From Rebecca billardiae RCC1528 (Eukaryota > Protista > Haptophyta): 64,000 bases of DNA. Location of the stretch: contig OZ251227.1 in NCBI GenBank assembly GCA_965240325.2, positions 2,666,001-2,730,000 of the forward strand. The letters are read 5' to 3'. The first letter of the stretch is position 1. Every line of letters begins with the position of its first letter. The notes under the pieces were generated by a model that ran no database searches, had not been told where the DNA came from, and saw nothing but the letters and a program-made list of their open reading frames with translations. This document shows, piece after piece, positions 57,542-64,000 of this stretch. The translations under genes were made by a program, and so were the position numbers.

Positions 57542-58714
57542 TCACGGGCGAGGTCCTGCGTCGGAGCTAGCCTCGGTGCGCTCCGCCGCTCGCAACTTGG
57601 CCGAGCGCGCCCGCCCGTTCGTCCGCACCTCCTCGTCCGTGGCGACGACCGGCTTGCGCGTCACCGGCCGCCACGGCGAGAGCGAGTTCCCCATCTCGTC
57701 GCGCACGACGCGGCCGTCGAGCGCGCCCGAGCGCATCACGTTCTTCACGCGCCGGTCCTCAAGGGAGTGGTACGAGAGGACGACAAGCCGGCCGCCCGGC
57801 CGCACGAGCCGCGCGGCCGAGAGCAGCACCACCTCCAGCTCGCGCAGCTCGTCGTTCACCAGGATGCGCACCGCCTGGAACACGCGTGCGAGCGTCTTGG
57901 TGCGCTTGTGCTCGGGCGTGACGCTCGAGACCGCGCGCGCCAGGTCGCCGGTGGTGCCCAGCGGGCGCGCGGCGAGGATGGCGCGCGCGATCGGCCGGGC
58001 GTACTTCTCCTCGCCGTACTCGCGCAGCACGCGCACGAGCTCGTCCACCGCGCAGCCGTTCAGGAAGTCGCGCGCCGACGGCAGCGCGGACGCACCGTCC
58101 ATCCGCATGTCGAGGGGCGCGTCGTGCCGGAAGGAGAAGCCGCGGTGCCCCGCGTCGATCTGGTGGGAGGAGATACCCAGGTCGAGCAGGATGCCCGAGA
58201 CCCCGCGCGACGGGCCGCCGTCCGACAGCTCGAGGGAGCCCAGCGCCGCGTCGAGGAACTGGAAGGACGCGCGCACGGGCGTGAGCCGGCCCGAGTCGAC
58301 GTGCTCACGCAAGCGCGCGCTCGTCTCAGCGATCGCATCTGCGTCACGGTCGACGCCGACCACGCGCCCGCCGGTCGGGCCGAGGGCATCGAGGAGCGCG
58401 GCGCTGTGCCCACCACCGCCGAGCGTCCCGTCAACGTACACCCCCGTCGGGTCGGTCACCAGCAGGTCGATCGTCTCGCGGAGCATCACGGGCACGTGGT
58501 AGTCAGCGGCCGGATCGGCAGCCGTGCCGCAGCCGACGTCGGGTGGAGTCGGCGCCGCCGACGCGCGCAGCACGCGTGGGGTGGTGCACGCGGCACGCCG
58601 CTGAGGGCATGCGCCACTCAACGCGTGCGCGGCGGCGCGCGCCGATGTTGAGAGTGCGGCTGTCGCCACGATGGCCAGGCACCCGCCACGTCGCCGCATG
58701 GTGGGCGCCGCCAT
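57542..58714 (-). CDS. rsmH: 16S rRNA m4C1402 methyltransferase RsmH/MraW (METTL15 family), organelle-targeted
   Basis: YHVPVM, YVDGTLGGGGHS, LDLGISSHQID, RGFSF..DAPLDMRMD, FQAVRILVNDEL, SYHSLEDR.VK, RSAKLR; N-terminal presequence. Confidence 0.95.
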   Translation of the reverse strand: MAAPTMRRRGGCLAIVATAALSTSARAAAHALSGACPQRRAACTTPRVLRASAAPTPPDVGCGTAADPAADYHVPVMLRETIDLLVTDPTGVYVDGTLGGGGHSAALLDALGPTGGRVVGVDRDADAIAETSARLREHVDSGRLTPVRASFQFLDAALGSLELSDGGPSRGVSGILLDLGISSHQIDAGHRGFSFRHDAPLDMRMDGASALPSARDFLNGCAVDELVRVLREYGEEKYARPIARAILAARPLGTTGDLARAVSSVTPEHKRTKTLARVFQAVRILVNDELRELEVVLLSAARLVRPGGRLVVLSYHSLEDRRVKNVMRSGALDGRVVRDEMGNSLSPWRPVTRKPVVATDEEVRTNGRARSAKLRAAERTEASSDAGPRP

Positions 58715-58857
58715 CGTGGGGCCTGATGTGACCACCACCAAGCGGAAGGGTCGACCACAGATTAATTGAAGATCGTCACGCAAGCTGCTGGACTCGGGAG
58801 GACTGGTTGTGGCGCGCCTGCGCGGGCGAATCCATCCGCCTCGCCCTCTCACCAGCC

Positions 58858-60423
58858 ATGGCCTCGGAGCCACCAACGGCGGCTGCGTTCTACGAGGCGC
58901 GGCTTCAGCGTGGGCTCGAGGCGGACGCCGTAGCGCTGCGCACGGCTGCCAACCGCAAGGTCATCCTGGCGGAGGAGGACTACGTCGACGCAACCGAGGC
59001 CATCATCACGAGAGACTTCTTTCCAGACCTGCCCAAGCTGCGCGCTCAGCTCGAGTACATGGAGGCGCTCGAGTCGAAGGACGAGCGCCGGATCGCGTCC
59101 GTGCGCGCGCGGCTCTCCGCCATGGCGACCCCCGCCTCGTCCACGCCTCGCGCCGCCTCGCGCACGCCGATGCTCGACAGCAGAGGCACGACGCCGACGA
59201 GCGCGGCTGCGCGCGACGGTTGCGCGGCGCGCGCCGATGCGTCTGAGGGCGTCGCCGCGCCGCCGCACGGCCTGGACTGCTTCCTCGCGCGGCACACCAG
59301 CGAGGACAACGCCTCATTCGCCGAGATCTACGGCCGCATGCGCGCCGCGCGCCAGGAGAGGCTGTGGTGGATGGATCGCTCGAAGCACGACTCAAGGCTG
59401 CTGCTCGAGCACCCGGAGGCGGCGGCGGTTACGGACGAGCGCGCGCGCGCGGCGGAGGTGGCGGGCGGCGAGGGCGTGCTCACCGTGGTGGGCGACGCGC
59501 GCCCGACCAACCTGAACGAGCCCAAGCCGCCCCCAACCACCAACGCGCTCTTCTGGCCGGCGGAAGGCATGGCGGCGCCGCCGCCAACGATGGGCCCGCC
59601 GCCGTCGATTGCGCACAGGCGCACACGCATGGCGGCCGACGGCGACGCGCTGCGGCCCGCGCGCGGCGCCGCGGCGCTCGTCGCGGCGAGCTCGGCGGGC
59701 GCGGCGCGTGGACCCGCTGCGACGGCCGCCGGGGCCTCCGGCGCCACGCCGATCGGTCCGGATGGGTTCGCCTACGTGGCGAGCACGCCAGCGCTCACGC
59801 CCGGCGGCGCCGGGGAGTCGCCGCTGATGACGTGGGGCGAGATCGCGGGCACGCCGCTGCTGCTCGAGCCGCTCGACGTGCCGCTGTTCCCCGCGGGCGA
59901 GCCGTCGGTGCTCGACGAGCGCGGGCCCTCCTTCAAGCTGCCCAAGCAGCCTCGGCGCGAGGAGGTCTCGCACCAGCTCGCCGACCGTCAGAAGAAGGGA
60001 GGTGGCACCGCGGCGGCCGGCAGCGCGCGCCACGGCGTCGCCAAGCGCGGCGCACCCGCTCTGGGCCGGACGAGCTCGCCGGCGCTCTCGCCCGCCGCGG
60101 CGAAGCTCGCCGCGCGCCTCAGCCGCGCTGGCGCGCACACCCCCGGTGCGCCGCACGCCGACATGCAGCTGCGCGCCTCCTACGCGCGCACGCCGACGCA
60201 CGACGGCTCGAGCGCGCGGCGCCGCAGCGGCAGCACGCCAGCGTCGGCGGCGGGCGGGCGCACGCCGCTGGCAGGCACGCCGCTGGTGACGCACGCGCAG
60301 GGCCAGCAGCGCGCGCGGGTCGAGCCGCCCAGTGCGCCGTCGGCTTCGCCCTCGGCAACCACGGCGCGCTGCCAGCAGCCGCCGCCCAGGGAGAGCATCA
60401 CTGACGGGCTGCTGAAGCTCTGA
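58858..60423 (+). CDS. ESS2: Splicing factor ESS-2 (DGCR14) homolog
   Basis: L.EEDY......IITRDFFPDL.KL, LD.FL..HTSEDNASF, SPLMTWGEI.GTP, LSPAA.KL, LRASY, SITDGLL. Confidence 0.93.
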   Translation: MASEPPTAAAFYEARLQRGLEADAVALRTAANRKVILAEEDYVDATEAIITRDFFPDLPKLRAQLEYMEALESKDERRIASVRARLSAMATPASSTPRAASRTPMLDSRGTTPTSAAARDGCAARADASEGVAAPPHGLDCFLARHTSEDNASFAEIYGRMRAARQERLWWMDRSKHDSRLLLEHPEAAAVTDERARAAEVAGGEGVLTVVGDARPTNLNEPKPPPTTNALFWPAEGMAAPPPTMGPPPSIAHRRTRMAADGDALRPARGAAALVAASSAGAARGPAATAAGASGATPIGPDGFAYVASTPALTPGGAGESPLMTWGEIAGTPLLLEPLDVPLFPAGEPSVLDERGPSFKLPKQPRREEVSHQLADRQKKGGGTAAAGSARHGVAKRGAPALGRTSSPALSPAAAKLAARLSRAGAHTPGAPHADMQLRASYARTPTHDGSSARRRSGSTPASAAGGRTPLAGTPLVTHAQGQQRARVEPPSAPSASPSATTARCQQPPPRESITDGLLKL

Positions 60424-60599
60424 CGATCCCGGACCGTCCCGACGTGTCCGCGAACCATCACGAATCACGATGGCGATCGACGCCGATGGCCGCAGCGATT
60501 GCCGGATGTAGTGCAGCCAGCCTGACCGTGATGGATTGCTGACAACGACAAGCGATCGGCCGGCGGCGGCGGGGGGCCGCGGCCCGCGACGGATTTTGC

Positions 60600-62177
60600 A
60601 TGCAGACAAGGGATGAGATCAGTAGCCCCTTGATGCAGACAGCGATGGCGGCTCTCGCGCTCGCCGCGTTCACCGCCACCGCGTCGGTCGTAGAGACGCC
60701 GAGCGCCAACGAACACCCATCGGGCGCCACGCCTGCCAGGGACTGCACTCCCTTGTGGGAGTCCAACGCGATGAGGTGCGGCATTCTCCTGCAGCGGCAC
60801 GTCCACAAGACAGCCGGCACTCTCCTGCGCAACCAGTTTGTCACCCCCCATCGGGAAGCGCAGTGGTGTGGGTGGGCCAACCGCTTCTCGCCGGTGGCGA
60901 GCTCGATGAACCTGTTCGTGTGGGGAGCGCATGTGCGTCCAATCACGCCCGCATCCGTGTACGAGCTGCTCGGGCCCAACGCAACCGCGGTCGCGCCCAA
61001 CGGCTATCCGTTTCACTGGCTCGAATCTCACTCGTTGGCGTACGCCGAGTACGTCGCGATGAGAGACGCCTTCGTGCCGCTCTCGGCGTGGTGGCCGAGG
61101 TGCACGTTCACGGTCGTTGCCACCATCCGCGAGCCGTACACATGGGCCGTCGCGTACTGGTCGTTCTTCAACCGCGACAACACGTCCTCCTGGCTGCGCG
61201 ACCGGTTGCTGTGCATCGTCAGGCAGCGGACCACTCCCGCCTCCAGGGTGCAAGGGCTGACGGGGTGCTACTTGCAGGTGGAGTACATCTTCCCGGAAGT
61301 CATGCGCCTCCGCGCACGCCGCAGGCTCACGCCCTCGGACGTCCGCCCCCTCGTCGACATGCGCGCGCACCGCGTGTTTGTCGGCGTGCTCGAGCGCCTG
61401 ACGCAGACCCTCGCTCTCCTCGCGTCAAGCTTCGGCCTCCCCGTGTACACGACTCTCCGCAAGCTGCGTCCCAGTCGTAGCTCGCCGGTGGATAGCAGGG
61501 TCTTTCGCCACGCCAAGCCGGGCCCAAACGCTCTCGCCGGAGGCGGGGAGGGGAGGCAGGACGCGGCACGCCTCGACTCGCGGGCCGGCCGCGCGCGACC
61601 TGGCCAGCGCCAACTCAGTGCGCAGCAGGACCGATTGGACTTGCTCGCGCGGCACACGCAGGAGATGGCTGCAGACCCAGCAGCGTGGTGGCCGCGCATC
61701 CACGAGGCCCTCGCCGATGACTACGTCTTCCACGCCGAAGCCGTCCGCATGCTGGACCAGTTCACGGCGATGGAGGCGAAGCGCAACCCATGCTTCACCC
61801 CGCCCGGAATCGCACCCAGCGAGTATGCGGCGCGGCTGCGAGATCCGTTCAGCGAGAGCTTGCCGAGCCACGTGCCGACGCTCGATGCCGTCCGGCGCCA
61901 CGTGTCCAACGAGGATCATGTGTACTGCACGCGCACGAAGCGGATGGCGACGGGGCGCGAGCGCTGCGAGGACGTCGAGCCGCGTGCAGACGCGCACGCA
62001 CTTAGCAGCGTGGGCGGCCGCACCCTCTCGCCCAAGACGGCAGCCTTCCTCGACCTCGGGCCGGAGGCTGAGGATATTCGCTACAACGGCTCCTTGCCAG
62101 CAGCCACTTTATTGCCTGCCGCTGATGAGCTCTCGTGGAAGCAGGCGAGTACGTACATCTTTCGCCGTTGCAAGTAG
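60600..62177 (+). CDS. Sulfotransferase-like protein with signal/anchor; intronless
   Basis: RHVHKTAGT, VATIREP...VAYW, FVGVLERL; hydrophobic AMAALALAAFTATA. Confidence 0.7.
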   Translation: MQTRDEISSPLMQTAMAALALAAFTATASVVETPSANEHPSGATPARDCTPLWESNAMRCGILLQRHVHKTAGTLLRNQFVTPHREAQWCGWANRFSPVASSMNLFVWGAHVRPITPASVYELLGPNATAVAPNGYPFHWLESHSLAYAEYVAMRDAFVPLSAWWPRCTFTVVATIREPYTWAVAYWSFFNRDNTSSWLRDRLLCIVRQRTTPASRVQGLTGCYLQVEYIFPEVMRLRARRRLTPSDVRPLVDMRAHRVFVGVLERLTQTLALLASSFGLPVYTTLRKLRPSRSSPVDSRVFRHAKPGPNALAGGGEGRQDAARLDSRAGRARPGQRQLSAQQDRLDLLARHTQEMAADPAAWWPRIHEALADDYVFHAEAVRMLDQFTAMEAKRNPCFTPPGIAPSEYAARLRDPFSESLPSHVPTLDAVRRHVSNEDHVYCTRTKRMATGRERCEDVEPRADAHALSSVGGRTLSPKTAAFLDLGPEAEDIRYNGSLPAATLLPAADELSWKQASTYIFRRCK

Positions 62178-62262
62178 GCGGCGGAGCAGCATCTGTGCAG
62201 ACGACCGACAACGCGCGCTACTCTGCTTGAAACTGCTAGAGCTAGATATACGTCTAGGGAGG

Positions 62263-62415
<153 letters not shown>

Positions 62416-62604
62416 GTTACTTGACTGATGCTGTCGTATTTAATATCGTCGCATCACGACTCATCAGTATAGTAGGCTGCCGTGCTCGCGGTGCTGACTG
62501 CCGCGGGCGCCGTGCGAGTCAAGTACGCGGCGGCGGCAGTCGTCCGGCCACCACCGACTACCGAGACCGGCGGCGGCTGCTGATCAGTTATAAAATTTGA
62601 TGAT

Positions 62605-64000
62605 GGCCTTATGGCCCGCGGTGCAGGGCGGAGCGCGTAGCGTGGAGCCCCGCCGGGGGCCCTCACTACGTTGTCAAAAAGGCTCCGGATTCGGTTGACC
62701 CCTGCCAGTGGCGGGCATTCTGAGAACCGAGTCGAAGTCACTCGAGCGGACCATATAGCCGGGTCCCTCCCGACCCCGGATTGATGACTTCAAAGCGACA
62801 TTGAGCATACACCCACCTCCCAATATGTTTCAGGCTCAATTTTTATAAGTGACACATACAGAAATCTGACCGAAATCCGAAACATGGGTAAATGCATATT
62901 GACGCGGGTATTTCTGACGGAACTTGTATTCCATTCATGCATCGACGTGATACGCACGCCATGACCATGTCACGCCTCACGGCAGCTCACCGCCCCGCAC
63001 TTGCGAGCGCGCTCTGGTTGGTCAGCTGCGCGCGCATAGCATTGTGCCGCGCTCTTCTCTCAGCTGGTACACCGCCAGACGCGGCCGCTCCGCCGCCGCT
63101 GCCGCGTGCCTCCGCCTCGTGCCGCGTGCTGGGGCGCCGCTGAAAGTCAGGCGTGATCGGTTGCACGGGCGTGAGCACGACAACGCCGCGGACGATCGTG
63201 TCGCTCTCGATCTCGCCGGTGCCCAGCTCGCGCGAGCGCCGGTCAAGATCCATGCGCGCGTATCGCTTGAAATCAGACTCGCCCCCCCATCGTCCACCAC
63301 TGCCCGTCCGCCTCCTTCTGCCGCTTGCTGCTTGTCTCGGGCTCGTGAGTCGCCCTCGTCGCGACTTGCAGTGTCGAGCGCGTAAGGATCACAAAGTACT
63401 CGTCCAGACAGAGAGGCCTGAGCATATCGACGACGAGATGGAAAAGCATCCGCTCCATCGTGTTGTGCGTCCTCGACATGTTCACCTTGATCTGATTGCA
63501 GAGGTCCGGAGACGGCGCAACGTGCAGAGAGGCTTGCACCGACCGTGGTGCACTGACGAGGTCGTGTCAGACACCGTGTGCACGATCTCCAGGTCACGCG
63601 CGACCGCAAAGAGGTGCTCGGCATCGCGGTCGCCAAGATTACCTCCCAGCTGTTCGTCCGAGACGTCGGTGTCGAACACGATGGGCACGTCCAACGCGAC
63701 CCGCGCCCGCACCACCATAGTGGGCAAAAGGCCAATAAAAGTACCCGGACTCCCAGTAGAAATGGTGAAAATCGGGCTCTGGCGCCGTGTAAAAACAAGC
63801 GATCGCGGCAAACGGTGCGGATTCGCGCTCAGCTCGCCAACCCGAGTCCAGCAAGCCTTCGACCGCCTCCGTGCGACCTCGCGAAGGTCGTTTTCATTTT
63901 CGGTACGCCCGGTTTCTATGACCGGACTAATTCTATGATTTAAAGACACAGGCACGAGGGCGCAGCTCTCCTGATTCGTCTGTCGAAGTACTGAATGGAG
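62605..64000 (+). mobile_element. Helentron/HINE-like element, family B copy 2; other end not seen in the window
   Basis: 62609-62650 is the reverse complement of 48627-48668 (1 mismatch); patchy similarity continues for about 130 bp. Confidence 0.6.
62987..63718 (-). pseudogene. Frameshifted ORF of unknown function inside family B copy 2
   Basis: MVVRARVALDVPIVFD... [frameshift] VQASLHV...MERMLFHLVVDMLRPLCLDEYFVIL...WWTMG [frameshift in a G run] ESDFKRYARMDLD...VRGVVVLTP...*. Confidence 0.5.

Noticed and set aside
57542-58714. rsmH as bacterial contamination or recent HGT
   Set aside because: It has an N-terminal presequence and host codon usage, and it is embedded among eukaryotic genes, as expected for a nuclear-encoded organellar enzyme

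Overview
GC-rich, intron-containing eukaryotic nuclear DNA. Short GTGCG..CGCAG introns full of (CG)n, flagellar genes and signal-peptide-bearing organellar proteins suggest a flagellated alga with a secondary plastid, probably a haptophyte of the Pavlovales type (inference only). About 24 protein genes lie in compact blocks, often head-to-head: GH5-X8 glucanase, three sulfotransferase-like genes, IQANK1, AAR2, microcephalin-like BRCT protein, KAP3, BAH protein, flavin amine oxidase, rolling-stone-like protein, DUF2358, P450, LisH-WD40, CXXC, Sfi1-like, SENP8, CAD-type ADH, PLGRKT-like, RsmH and ESS2. The blocks are separated by transposon islands at about 1-9.3, 13.1-17, 44.9-48.9, 52.4-53.6, 55.5-56 and 62.2-64 kb. 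The most unusual signals are in the islands: (i) a 5'-truncated CRE-like non-LTR retroelement with a restriction-like endonuclease, embedded in (TA)n arrays, with a fold-back at its 5' junction; (ii) two families of non-autonomous elements with Helentron/Helitron2-like ends (asymmetric subterminal inverted repeats plus hairpins), one associated with TA repeats; (iii) several TIR elements, including a P-like foldback with a 7-bp TSD and a nested insertion with no TSD. No tRNA, rRNA or CRISPR was seen. All family names come from motif recognition by eye, not from database searches.
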